The notes: generated by a model not told the origin, from the letters alone. DNA of 64,000 bases from Flammeovirgaceae bacterium (GCA_016712035.1 JADJRT010000009.1:95822-159821), one strand, 5' to 3'. Numbered from the stretch's first letter, positions 1 through 10,805 are shown. Numbers and translations: made by a program.

Positions 1-275
1 TAGGGATACATTATGGCAGAAACAACTTCATTTGTATGAAGTACCATTCTATTATATAGAGTATGGAATGGCCCAACTAGGGGCCCATAGCGTTGTGGCG
101 TAATTATAAACAGAATAAGCAAAAGGATTGCAGAGTTATATGCGTGCTCTTAAACTTAGGAAATTTAACTACCATCCCTGAAATTTATAAAGCAGCAGAT
201 ATCAAATTTGATTTCAGCAGGGTTTATATAAAAGAGTTAACGGATTTTGTAAAAGAGGAGTATGCGAAAATCTAA
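1..275 (+). CDS. C-terminal fragment of M3 family oligoendopeptidase (runs off window edge; indel near 85)
   Basis: Frame from 11 reads LWQKQLHLYEVPFYYIEYGMAQLGA, then continues WRNYK...IPEIYKAADIKFDFS; typical M3B/PepF-like C-terminus. Confidence 0.75.
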
Positions 276-721
276 GACCGACTTTTATCAAGCAGACCAC
301 TCAACGCGATAGCATCTTCATTTGAAAGACCTATGAGTTGAAGGTCAAGTCCATTAATCGTAGCGTCTAACTTTTTCAGCAGATCAAGACCAGCTTCGCT
401 AATAACAATGTCTGAAGCACGCTTATCTTTTGGGCACCTATTCTTTACTACTAAGTCTTTTACAATCAATCGATCAATCAAACGCGAAACATCAGAATTT
501 TTGTCGAGCATTCGGTTCTTTATTTCTGTAGCAGAGATCCGGTTTGGATGTTGGCCCCGAAGAATGCGCAGAATATTGTATTGCTGACCTGTAATACCAT
601 GAGGTTCAAAAAAATCTTTTTGCTTGCTTTGAATCCAGTTGGAAGTGAAGAGAATGTTTAGAATCGCTTTTTGTTGCACGTTTCTAAATTTAGTTTGCTT
701 TATTTCTTCTTCGATGTTCAT
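272..721 (-). CDS. MarR family transcriptional regulator
   Basis: ITGQQYNILRIL...SDVSRLIDRL...KNRCPKDKRAS winged-helix pattern; likely start ATG at 721 (MNIEEEIKQ). Confidence 0.9.
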   Translation of the reverse strand: MNIEEEIKQTKFRNVQQKAILNILFTSNWIQSKQKDFFEPHGITGQQYNILRILRGQHPNRISATEIKNRMLDKNSDVSRLIDRLIVKDLVVKNRCPKDKRASDIVISEAGLDLLKKLDATINGLDLQLIGLSNEDAIALSGLLDKSRS

Positions 722-756
722 AAAAAAGGCGATTGCAACATGACGCTGCAATCACC
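722..756 (-). terminator. Intrinsic terminator downstream of yceI, abutting marR ATG
   Basis: Minus strand GGTGATTGCAGC-GTCAT-GTTGCAATCGCC-TTTTTT-ATG: 12-bp stem (2 G-U pairs) plus U6. Confidence 0.75.
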
Positions 757-773
757 ATCTTCAAAGGTTATAA

Positions 774-1350
774 TTATTTAGCCTTATTCAATTCGACTTT
801 TACAACAACTTCAACCTCGTCAGCTACTGCTAATTCACCGCTTGCCAATTTGTTGCTCCACTTCAGGCCATACTCCAGGCGATTAACCTTTCCAGTAAAT
901 TTGAACCCAGCCTTAACACCACGGCCGGTATCAATTTGACCTCCATAAGTAATGTCAAATACAACAGGCTTAGTTACATCACGCATGGTGAAGTCGCCTT
1001 TCAATTGATATTTACCACCAGTTTTTACGATAGTACCTGTGAACTTAATCTCAGGAAATTGTTCAGCATTAAAAAAATCATCTGATTTTAAATGCTTGTC
1101 TCTGTTTTCATTACCGGTGTTTACAGAGGCTGTTTTGGCAGTGAATGTTACTTCGGCTACGTTAAAATCATCAGATTTACTAACGATCGCACCATCGAAA
1201 TCAGTAAAGGCTCCGTTTTACTTCAGAAACCACCATGTGGGTTACATTAAATTGTATGTTAGTGTGAGCTTTATCGAGATTCCAGGTTGTTTGAGCAGTT
1301 GCTATGCCTGTTATAAATAGAAAAGCAGCTAGTACATTAATTTTTTTCAT
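774..1350 (-). CDS. YceI family lipid/polyisoprenoid-binding protein with signal peptide (indel near 1220)
   Basis: Reconstructed MKKINVLAAFLFITGIATAQTTWNLDKAHT...THMVVSEV...SVNTGNENRDKHLKSDDFFNAEQFPEIKF...GFKFTGKVNRLEYGL. Confidence 0.9.
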
Positions 1351-1404
1351 GGTTTAATTTTTAGTTTGTTTTGGTTCGTTAGGCAAGTATAACACCAGTT
1401 TTAA

Positions 1405-1426
1405 ATTATATGTTTAAACATGTAAT
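1405..1426. promoter_or_regulatory. Palindromic operator upstream of yceI (candidate MarR site)
   Basis: ATTATATGTTTAAACATGTAAT, 20/22 palindromic, just upstream of a -7-like TATACTTG (1384-1391, minus). Confidence 0.55.
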
Positions 1427-1494
1427 AATTTTCTTGTAAATAATTGATTATCAATCAGTAAATTTTAATCTATAAATATGGTGGGTTTAATAGA

Positions 1495-3746
1495 CTAAAG
1501 ATTTAGCCAGTAGGTGAGCTTTAAAACAAGAGCCCTTGTTTTAGGTTGTCCAACTTCAAAAGCGCTGCCATTTTCGAAAGATTCGGCAAAGTAGTTTTCG
1601 GTGTATACAATAAAGAGATCAGACACGGGTTTGAACCGCCATTGAAACCTGCTGTTTATGTTCAGATTGTTAATCTGACTATTATACTGAACAAAGGTTG
1701 TCCAGAAAACTTTGCGTGAAAAAGTAAAATCGATTCGTGGACCAATCAAATAGAGATTAGAACTATTATAAGGTTCCGGTAGGCGAATTCTATTATAGCT
1801 AAAGTTAAGCGATGCAAAACCCCAAGGCTGATACCGGTAGGTGAGATTACCTGTAAAGCTTACTCGATTTCCATTGAAATACCCACCTGAACGGGTACTT
1901 AAGTCAAACGAAAGCCGTTTACGCGCGTCAGAGCTATAATTTGCAATCACTAAAAAATTCTGGTAGTCAGTATTGGCCGGCAATTCTAAACCTTCCGAGC
2001 CGCTTGGATCAAACGGATCAAACAGATAAGTGTATTCCTCTCTTAACCGCATATTGAAGAGAGCGGTGTTTCGAAAGCGAATGCGATACATAAAGTTATA
2101 ATCCCAATCAAGAAACCCATAATTTTGATTGCACACCATATCAAAATCAAAACCCGGCCCATGACTTTGCATGATCCCTGACGCTGGATAAAAATTATGC
2201 CAGGTGGTGGAGGCGAGTTGTTGAATATCCGTTCTCCGTACAAATCCAACTTCCGGACTATAGTTGGCTCCTACATGACGGGTCAATACTTCCACATTCC
2301 ATTTAAATGTGCTGTAATTAATAAAGCCTCCAAAGGCAAAAGCAGAGTCTAATTTTTCCTGATCAAAGGAGTGATGATAAAATGCTTTGCCTGTCCAGCG
2401 GTTATCGCTGGTAGCCAGGTTAAAGTCCAACCCTGCTACGCGGGAAAATGAGGGTGGTTGATTGGTAAATTCTCCACCGATAGAATCCTGAAAGGCCTGC
2501 TTGTTGATTAATATCATTCCAATGTTTGATCGCTTAAAAACTTTTTGTTGAATAGTTGCTACCGTGTAATTAGTTGATGCAAGATTTATTGTGGGATCTT
2601 CGGCAGCCTGCATAGTTATAACCCCAATGCGGGTATTGTTATTTATTTTGCCGCTTAGTCTGGCACCTCCATAAATCGTATTTTGAATATTTTGTCCGGT
2701 GGATGAATCCCGCGCGATTCCAATCCTTCGAGAAAAGAAGGGCCGTGTTTGATCGAGGCCAAAATTGGCAAACAGATCTGCATTTTCAAGAAAGAATTGT
2801 CTTCGTTCCGGAAAGAAGATTTCAAAACGATCCAGATTAGTAACCTGTTCGTCTACTTCTACCTGCGAAAAATCCGGGTTAACCGTTAGATCAAGATTGA
2901 GAGCCGGACCAATACCAATTTTTGCATCGCCTCCTACTTGAATTTTATTTTCTGTTGGAGTGCCTTCCTCATAATTCTTAGACGAATTACCAGCTATGTA
3001 TGGGATAACAGAAACATTGGGGCCGGGCTTAGCAAGCGGAATATCCCAAACCAGTTCTTTACTAAAGGCAAGATTGACAATATCGAAGTTTCTTGGGATA
3101 GGAGACCAGGTAGATCGCTCGGCAAATTGGCTATCAATGCGATAAAAATTGACGTTCCAACTGGAAAAATCTTCTTTGAAACGCAAGGTTTTAAATGGGA
3201 TTGCCATTTCAGCAATCCAGTACCCCTCATACGTTTTACTTCCGAGTACCATTTATTATCCCAATTGAGAGTAAAACTACTACCACTTGCCGATCCGCCA
3301 TCACTGACTAAACCCTCTCTCTGAACACCAAATGGATTGACTCCGAAAATAAAGGCATTGGTTCGATCTTTAAATGTATCCAGAACAACAGAGATTCCAT
3401 CATTCGCTTCCCCCCGGTAGTCTCTGCGTAAAGAAGGGGTAACATATTTTCTGGACCCCAGATTATACATCTTGGCCCCTATGTAAATGAAATGATCATC
3501 GTAGGCTATTCGCACTTCAGTCTGCGAGTTGGCCAACGAAGTATCGTAGGGAAAAAATTGTTGAAAGTTTGTCGCTACATCTGTGTTTTGCCAACCGGCA
3601 TCACTCAAATCCCCATCTAACGTGATCGAGCCAGTTGCTTTGCGGATGGTAATATTTGGTTGCCCTTGAATAAACCCAAACAGAAAAATGAAGAATAGAA
3701 GTAAGACGGATCGTAACAAGGAATGAATTTTAAATTTAATGTGCAA
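1495..3746 (-). CDS. CBM9-like/DUF5916 domain outer-membrane protein (indel near 3240)
   Basis: N-terminal ITLDGDLSDAGW...TEVRIAYDD..YIG; C-terminal DLTVNPDFSQVEVD...FFPERRQFFLEN...FFSRRIG and terminal LKLTYWLNL; true start probably slightly downstream of 3746. Confidence 0.8.
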
Positions 3747-3857
3747 AGATAGAGAAGCGGTAAGCTTTCAGTAGTGAAATTTGATAAATGGCAGATTGAA
3801 TTAGTCTGTTAAATTGTTGTTAACAAACTTTGCCAAATTCTAACACAGCCGTACTCC

Positions 3858-4562
3858 TTAAAGATAAAATTCTTTGGTAAGCATGTAATATTCGGAAGAC
3901 CATTCCTGCACCTCTTTGTAGAGAACCAACTCTTCTTTTCTTACATTTTGTTTTTCCAATTGAAATTCTAACAGCAGCCTCTCTACCGGCTTATTACTTC
4001 GAGACCGAAAAGAGCACACGCGGGTGTTGAACCAACCCTCGCTTTCTGCCATTAATTTTATTAGAGACCCTTCAGTAGCCGGTAAAATTAAATTCAATCT
4101 GCCGGAAGGCTTTAAAAGACGCTTGCTGTGAGTAAGCAAGTCATGATGGGTGAGGGTTTGCGTATGCCGGGCCACGATGCGAGTTGCTTTCGGTGGTTTA
4201 TAACTATTATTAAAATAGGGCGGATTACTTACTATTAAATCGTATGGCGCTGCATTGAATTTCTGAAGGGGTTGATTATGAACGTTTACTTTTGATGGCC
4301 AAGGCGAGCGACCAATATTTTCACGAGCTTGTTCACAATCTTCTTTTGCAATATCAATGGCATCAATTATGGAATGCGTGGAAGTTCGCTGTGCCAATAT
4401 AAGTGCCATTACTCCCGAACCCGTACCCACATCTAATAGGCGTTGTGCATTCTTTAACTCTACCCAAGCACCTAAAAGCACACTATCGGTTCCAACTTTC
4501 ATTGTACACCGATCGTGATATACTGTAAATTGTTTGAAGTCAAATCTGTTGGCAACCCGCAT
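3858..4562 (-). CDS. tRNA1(Val) adenine(37)-N6-methyltransferase (TrmN6/YfiC family)
   Basis: FDFKQF...MKVGTDSVLLGAW, LDVGTGSG SAM motif, IVSNPPYF. Confidence 0.9.
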   Translation of the reverse strand: MRVANRFDFKQFTVYHDRCTMKVGTDSVLLGAWVELKNAQRLLDVGTGSGVMALILAQRTSTHSIIDAIDIAKEDCEQARENIGRSPWPSKVNVHNQPLQKFNAAPYDLIVSNPPYFNNSYKPPKATRIVARHTQTLTHHDLLTHSKRLLKPSGRLNLILPATEGSLIKLMAESEGWFNTRVCSFRSRSNKPVERLLLEFQLEKQNVRKEELVLYKEVQEWSSEYYMLTKEFYL

Positions 4563-4570
4563 AGCCTTTT

Positions 4571-5661
4571 TTATACTTCCGTAGGTTTATAGACGGCATC
4601 ATGCCATTGGTGTAAGCGATGGTTCATCATATCAAACCAAAGCGGAGGGAGTAAGGCGATGATAATCATAGTGGGATAACCAAAGGGCAACTGTGGACTT
4701 TCGTCATAATGTTTCAACATCGGGTAGCGCTTAATCGCGTTGGCATGATGGTCGGAATGGCGCTGCAGTTGAAATAAAAAAAAATTACTAATTAAATGAC
4801 TGGCATTCCACGAGTGTAAAGGATTTACGCGCTCATAATTACCTGTAGAAGTCTTCTTTCTTACAATGCCATAATGTTCCACATAGTTAACCAGTTCAAG
4901 AAGTGTAAAAGCAACAATACTTTGAGCGAAAAAGAAAACGGGTATTTGCCAGATAAATACTCCGAAATTCAGGCTAAATAGAAATGTAAGAATACCACAA
5001 AAATAAATGGCAATGCCGTATAGCTGATCATGGCGTTAGCGAGCGAAAGGGTAGGCTTGCCTAAGCGAGAAAGTCTTTCTGATTCTAAAGTCCAGGCATG
5101 TACATAACTATTGAAAACGGAGCGTACCCAAAAGGCATAGAAATTTTCATTCTTTCTGGCTGTGGCCGGATCGAGAGGTGTAGCCACATAAACGTGGTGC
5201 CCCCGGTTGTGTTCAATATAAAAGTGCATGTAGCAAACGGTCATCAATAATAGTCTGCTATAAAATCTTTCAAGCGTTGATTTTTTATGTCCTAACTCGT
5301 GGGCTACCGTAATACCGATGCCCCCGGTTACCAAACCTGTGCTAACAACAAACCCGATCCACTCGTAGAAGGCAAGGGGTTTGTTACTGATTACATAAAA
5401 TGCCCACAGCACAAAGCCCAGTTGAATGAATGTCCACAGATAGGTTACTAAACGGTAATAGATTTCTTCACTTACCAGATCTAAATTCTCGTCAGAAATA
5501 TTTTTAGTATCTAATCCGGTCAGGTAGTCCACGGTTGTAATAACAATAAATACGAATGCGATAGTAAGGTAATTCCACCATCCACCCTGGTAAAAGCCTA
5601 CCACGGCCAAGGCCGGAAGAATAAAGGCGGTGAAGAATCCTAGCTTCTTTATAAATTTCAT
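4571..5661 (-). CDS. alkB: Alkane 1-monooxygenase (AlkB family), indel near 4990
   Basis: All His boxes present: AHELGH, EHNRGHH, NYVEHYG, LQRHSDHHA, plus PQLPFGY. Confidence 0.9.
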
Positions 5662-5879
5662 GTGTTAATATTAATTTTTTGATGGACACATGGAATGGCC
5701 TAAATTATCATACTGTTTCGTGCAAGGATTTAAATGGCCATTTCATAGCTCGAATTTACAAAACAACAGGTGATTGGGTTTGTGCGCCAAATAAAAATAC
5801 GGTCGCAATCAGTTATACCGCTTGGTTAAGAGGTTTGTTTATGAATTATCGCAATAATATCACTTTCAATTAATTAGCC

Positions 5880-5887
5880 TACCTTTG
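5880..5887 (+). promoter_or_regulatory. Bacteroidota -7 promoter box for DEAD-box helicase
   Basis: TACCTTTG matches TAnnTTTG, 23 nt before the ATG. Confidence 0.65.
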
Positions 5888-5910
5888 CCGCTTATTTATC
5901 AATAAAATTA

Positions 5911-7645
5911 ATGGAATCATTTGACGGCCTGGGACTCTCCGGGCAACTGGTGGAAGCAATCCGCCAAATGGGGTTTGAATCACCCACCCCGATTCAAGAA
6001 AAAGCAATCCCTATTCTTCTAAAGGGAAATGTCGATTTAGTAGGCCTTGCCCAGACCGGTACCGGAAAAACAGCAGCTTTTGGCTTGCCCTTGCTGCAGC
6101 TAGTGGACGATACCAACCGAACTACTCAGGCCCTTATCGTAGCGCCAACCCGCGAATTGAGTGTGCAAATCACCAGCGATTTGGAGCGCTTTTCATCTTC
6201 GTTTATGAAGTTGAACATCGTTACGATTTATGGCGGTGCGAGTATCAGTGAGCAAATAAGAAAAGTGAGACGGGGTGCGCATATTATTGTCGCCACACCG
6301 GGTCGCCTTATTGACATGCTCTCCCGTAAGGTGGTGGATCTTTCATCGATCAAGTATGTGGTGCTGGATGAAGCGGATGAGATGTTGAACATGGGTTTTA
6401 AAGAAGACATTGACGAAATTCTTTCAACCACCCCCAAGGAGAAAAACGTATGGTTGTTTTCGGCAACCATGCCACGCGAGGTTCGCGAAATTGCCAAGAC
6501 CTATATGCGTAATCCTGAAGAAATTACGATGGGCGAGCGCAATCAGGGAAACGAGAACATCGATCACCAATTTATAATGGTTGATGAGCGTGATAAGTAC
6601 ATGGCCTTAAAACGGTTTGTAGATTATGCGCCCGATATTTTTGGAGTAATCTTTTGCCGTACAAAAATTGATACTCAAAAAATTGCTGAACACCTGATTA
6701 AAGATGGCTACAGTGCAGACTCGCTGCATGGCGACCTCACGCAACAACAACGCGACCGGGTAATGCGCAACTTCAAGAATAAATCATTGCAATTATTGGT
6801 GGCTACCGATGTAGCGGCTCGTGGCATTGATGTAAGTGGTATTACGCACGTAATACATATGAATATGCCTGATGAGATGGAATACTATACCCATCGCAGT
6901 GGTCGTACCGCGCGTGCAGGTAAAAGGGAATTTCACTTGCTATCGTTGCGAAAAAGAAGTAGGAAAAATTCAACAAGTTGAACGAGGTTTGAAACGCAAG
7001 TTCACCCGAATTCAGGTTCCTACCGGGGATGAGGTTTGTCAGGCTAAACTGCTGGCTCTTGTACATAAAGTAAAGCAAGTGGAAGTGAATGAAGAAGAGA
7101 TTGACTCTTTCTTACCGGAAGTTTACCACGAGTTAAAAGATTTAAGTAAGGAAGATATTATCAAGCGGTTTGCTTCTATTGAGTTTAACCGTTTCCTTGA
7201 ATACTATCGCGATGCGCGCGACCTGAATAAATCTGACCGCACGAAAACCTACGAAATAGATGGCGATAGAGATCGAAACACAACCGGTGACAGGATTTTT
7301 ATTAATGTCGGAAAAATGGATGGCCTTGAAAAAGGAAATTTGTTGGAATTGATTTGTGATTTTGGTGAAGTTAAGGGTGCTTCCATCGGTAAAATTGATT
7401 TGAAAGGTGCTTATTCATTCTTTGAAATTGAAAAAGGATTGACCGAACAGGTAATGAAAGGTTTTGAAGGTGTTGAGTTACGTGGCCGCAAGGTACGCTT
7501 GGAGATGACAGAACCACATAAGGAAAAATATTCTGATAAGAAAAAGGAGCGGTTCTATGGCTCTAAGTCTAAATCATCTTCTGATAGAGGAGGCTCACGG
7601 GGAGAGTCGAGAGGGGGAGATAGAGGAAGATCGAAGCGATATTGA
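5911..7645 (+). CDS. DEAD-box RNA helicase with C-terminal DbpA-type RNA-binding domain (indel in A-run near 6925)
   Basis: Q motif PTPIQ, AQTGTGKT, PTREL, DEAD, SAT, HRSGRTARAG; downstream RIFINVGKMDG..IGKIDL..YSFFE. Confidence 0.93.
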
Positions 7646-7670
7646 ATTTAAGCACTCAATCTTAACCAGT

Positions 7671-7699
7671 AAGAGCATTAAGGAAACCTTAATGCTCTT
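7671..7699. terminator. Hairpin between convergent helicase and paaD (probable bidirectional terminator)
   Basis: AAGAGCATTAAGG-AAA-CCTTAATGCTCTT perfect 13-bp stem. Confidence 0.75.
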
Positions 7700-7720
7700 T
7701 ACTTGATTGTCTTTTCAGAA

Positions 7721-8197
7721 TTACAAGGGCTTAAATTGCTCAAACGCTTCTTTGCAATCGTGGCAATAGTATAATGCCCGGCAAAGCGTTGGTCCAAAAG
7801 GACTTTTCATTTCTGTGTTGTCGCCATCACAGCTGGGACAAATGGCTGTCTCAAGAATTTCGAGATCAGTAAAAACTTTGTTGGATGGGGGCGGAGCGAG
7901 TCCATATTTTTTAAGGGCGGCTTTCCCTTTTTCAGAAATCAAATCCGAACTCCACGGTTTTTTGAAACTGATATTTACATGCGGAGTAATTCCCTTTGTT
8001 TTTAGCAAGGTTTCAACTTCAAGTTTCATGTAATCCATCGCAGGACAGCCAACAAAGGTGGGAGTCATTTCTACAGTTACCTGATCAGCATCCACAACAA
8101 CTTCGGTGATTACACCCAGATCAATAAGAGAAAGCACCGGAATCTCCGGATCCTTGACATCTTCTAACCAGATTAATATTTGTTCTTTTGAAACCAT
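7721..8197 (-). CDS. paaD: 1,2-phenylacetyl-CoA epoxidase subunit PaaD (PaaJ)
   Basis: VKDPEIPVLSLIDLG, TPTFVGCPA, CPSC...FGPTLCRALYYCHDCKEAFEQFK. Confidence 0.93.
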   Translation of the reverse strand: MVSKEQILIWLEDVKDPEIPVLSLIDLGVITEVVVDADQVTVEMTPTFVGCPAMDYMKLEVETLLKTKGITPHVNISFKKPWSSDLISEKGKAALKKYGLAPPPSNKVFTDLEILETAICPSCDGDNTEMKSPFGPTLCRALYYCHDCKEAFEQFKPL

Positions 8198-8200
8198 TGA

Positions 8201-8288
8201 ACTAGATATTGGACTCTTGATACTTGATGCTGGAAAACCTGGACTGTATTACATATAAACCCAAGACTATTTACTCAATACTCTTGAA
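8201..8288. repeat. Degenerate 7-bp repeat array in paaC-paaD spacer
   Basis: ACTAGAT ATTGGAC TCTTGAT ACTTGAT GCTGGAA (8201-8235); same unit family as 48781-48948. Confidence 0.55.
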
Positions 8289-8289
8289 A

Positions 8290-9045
8290 TTACCATTCCG
8301 CAGTTGGATCGATCTTAAATACTTCACTCATTTCGTCAAGCAAGGGTTGCAGGTGTTCGGTGTGCTTACCTTGCCTTCCGCCAACTATGGGTTGTATTAG
8401 TTTAAGATCAGGAAGCTGAAGGCTTGTTTGAGAAAGTATAGATTCTATTTTGGCTAACCACTTTTGTTGAAGCGCTTGTTCCCCTTCAAAAATACCAGCA
8501 GCAATTAATTCTTTTTCGTACAGGGAAGTTTCAAAAATTCCCAGCGCAAAGGGCAAAGCGTACTCCAGCGATTTTTGTAAACGAGAAATACTTTCGGGTG
8601 TGGCGGAGCCAAGTTGTTTAATCCAGGTGTTGGCATGTAAGGTGTGATACCGGAGTTCACCTCTGATCTTAGTGGCCAATTGTGCGAGTGGTTGATGCGA
8701 TGACCTTGTTAGCATTTCAAAACGTAAGGCTTCAGCCGTATCAAACAAAAAATGACGGATCAAACTGAAATCGTATTCCTGATTGGGTAACTCAACTAAT
8801 TGACAATTATGAAACTGATTGGCATTGCGGGTAAAGGCAACGGTATCGGGATCACTTTCTCCTAATTCATGTAGCAAAGTGTACAACGCCAAACTCTGGC
8901 CCACTTTGTCCTGCGCCATAGAAGAGAAAGCGATATCTTCCTCTAATAACGGACCCATGCCAGTCCACTCAGAATTTCGATGACCTAAGATCAGTTGATC
9001 ATCGGCCATTTTATATAGCAATTCTTTAAGAGGCGTATGATCCAT
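8290..9045 (-). CDS. paaC: 1,2-phenylacetyl-CoA epoxidase subunit PaaC
   Basis: ADDQLILGHRNSEWTG.GPLLEEDIA, LVELPN, GGRQGKHTEHLQPLLDEM, PTAEW end. Confidence 0.93.
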   Translation of the reverse strand: MDHTPLKELLYKMADDQLILGHRNSEWTGMGPLLEEDIAFSSMAQDKVGQSLALYTLLHELGESDPDTVAFTRNANQFHNCQLVELPNQEYDFSLIRHFLFDTAEALRFEMLTRSSHQPLAQLATKIRGELRYHTLHANTWIKQLGSATPESISRLQKSLEYALPFALGIFETSLYEKELIAAGIFEGEQALQQKWLAKIESILSQTSLQLPDLKLIQPIVGGRQGKHTEHLQPLLDEMSEVFKIDPTAEW

Positions 9046-9048
9046 AAC

Positions 9049-9663
9049 TCAATGATTTATTTTAGTTCGTTCCAGAAAATTTTTCAATTTATCTCCGCCT
9101 TTATAATCCGAAGCATCGCGAAATTTCTTTTCCGGTAAGGTGAGCCATAACTCTTTGTCTTCTTCTGAAGTAAATCGGATTGCCTCCGTAGCGATTGCCC
9201 ACACATTGAAAACTATTTTGCCAGTATTTAATTTTTCGCGAGCATGGACCATGGCTTCTTCAGGATTATTTGCTGCGACAGTTCCTACGTGCACGTGTTG
9301 CTTTCCTCTCTTTGCCAAATGATAAATTTCGAACGATTGGTTGCCCGGTGTTGATGTAGTTGATTCAGGAATCAGGTCATACGCATTGTTATTCCCTTCG
9401 GTCATAGGCGAAACAAAAACTTCGCGGGTGTCTACTACATAAAGCGAAACACACGTGAACCTTCGGGTGAAGGCTTCCTTTGCTAAAACATAAGCCAGTT
9501 CTAAATTAGGCGCATGTACGATGCCTTCATGTTGAAAGGATTTCCCCTCTTTGGGTTGCACAAAAACTTCGAACGTTCCAAATTGATCGAGTGGAGCTTT
9601 CGGACTAATCGATTGATTTATCTGTGGCAAGCGATTTACACGGGGATCAAGGGAATTCAACAT
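9049..9663 (-). CDS. paaB: PaaB-like epoxidase subunit with two tandem PaaB-like domains
   Basis: FEVFVQPKEGKSFQHEGIVHAPNLELAYVLAKEAFTRR and second copy FEIYHLAKRGKQHVHVGTVAANNPEEAMVHARE; lies between paaA and paaC. Confidence 0.85.
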   Translation of the reverse strand: MLNSLDPRVNRLPQINQSISPKAPLDQFGTFEVFVQPKEGKSFQHEGIVHAPNLELAYVLAKEAFTRRFTCVSLYVVDTREVFVSPMTEGNNNAYDLIPESTTSTPGNQSFEIYHLAKRGKQHVHVGTVAANNPEEAMVHAREKLNTGKIVFNVWAIATEAIRFTSEEDKELWLTLPEKKFRDASDYKGGDKLKNFLERTKINH

Positions 9664-9680
9664 TATTAATTATTAAAAAA

Positions 9681-9771
9681 AATTGACAGTTGACAAATCA
9701 ATCAACAAAAAGACATCAATATGTAATTTTGGAACCTTTAATTGTCAATTGCATTTTGTGAATTGTCAATT
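9681..9771. repeat. Inverted 7-bp repeat arrays in paaA-paaB spacer
   Basis: AATTGAC AGTTGAC AA at 9681; reverse complement of 9740-9771 is AATTGAC AATTCAC AAAATGC AATTGAC AATT. Confidence 0.65.
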
Positions 9772-9779
9772 TACTCAAC

Positions 9780-10765
9780 TCAGGCCAAAGGCATTACGTA
9801 TTTAGCCTTAGGCGATTTTAGCGCTTCGCGCACCCACTTTCCACGTTCTTCGGCTATTCTTCTTACTTCCAGTCGTTCTTTATTGCACGGGCCATCGCCA
9901 TTAATTACGCGCTTAAATTCTTCCCAATCAGGTTCAGTGTATTCCCACTTACCTGTCTCTTCACTCTTTTCAATTTCGGATCAGGAATGGTGAATCCAAG
10001 CTCCCAAATTTTAGGAACATACATATCCAGAAATTGATTGCGCATCTCATCGTTGGTCCCCATTTTCACTTTCCATCGCATCAAAACTTCTGTATGCGCG
10101 GAAATTTTATCAGAGGGTCCGAAAAAATGCATCATGGGCGGCCACCAACGATTCAATGCTTCCTGAAACATTTGCCGTTGCTTAGGCGTGCCTGAGGCGA
10201 GATAGATAACGCAATGATGACCGTATTTTAAATGGAAAGATTCTTCTGCACAAATGCGATCAAGTGCCCGGCAATACGGACCATAACTTCCCTTAGCATT
10301 CGCTAATTGATTTACGATAGCCCCGGCATCCACCAACCAGGAGATAAAACAACAGTCGGCCCAGGTAAAAGTGGGATAATTGACTATGTTAGAATATTTT
10401 GATTTTCCGTTGATAAGATCTTCAATCATTTGCTCGCGTGGTTTGCCCAATGTTTCGGCTGCACTGTACAAAAGCTGTCCATGACCTACTTCATCCTGCA
10501 CCTTCGCCATCAACGACATTTTTCTTTTAAAGCCGGGGGCTCGGGTTATCCAGGTTCCTTCCGGAAGTGCGCCAATAATTTCGCTGTGCGCATGTTGCTC
10601 GATCATTCGAATCAATTGCTTGCGATAAAGTTGAGGCATCCAATCTGCAGGTTCTATTTTTTCACCCCGTTCGATACGCGCTTCAAATTCGGCTAACTTG
10701 GTTGGATCTTCAGTCGCTATACTATCCGTTTTTATCCCTTCAAAAGTATTTCCGCCTCCGTACAT
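9780..10765 (-). CDS. paaA: 1,2-phenylacetyl-CoA epoxidase subunit PaaA (indel near 9965)
   Basis: [42 protein letters not shown]; shifted tail [21 protein letters not shown]...MPLA*. Confidence 0.95.
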
Positions 10766-10783
10766 AATGGTGATTTTAATATC

Positions 10784-10805
10784 CTAACAATCGTTTGCAA
10801 ATATA
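10784..10805 (-). promoter_or_regulatory. paaA promoter -7 box with adjacent PaaR-type operator
   Basis: TATATTTG (10798-10805, minus) directly followed by pseudo-palindrome CTAACAATCGTTTG (10784-10797), one mismatch to CNAACGNNCGTTNG. Confidence 0.65.
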
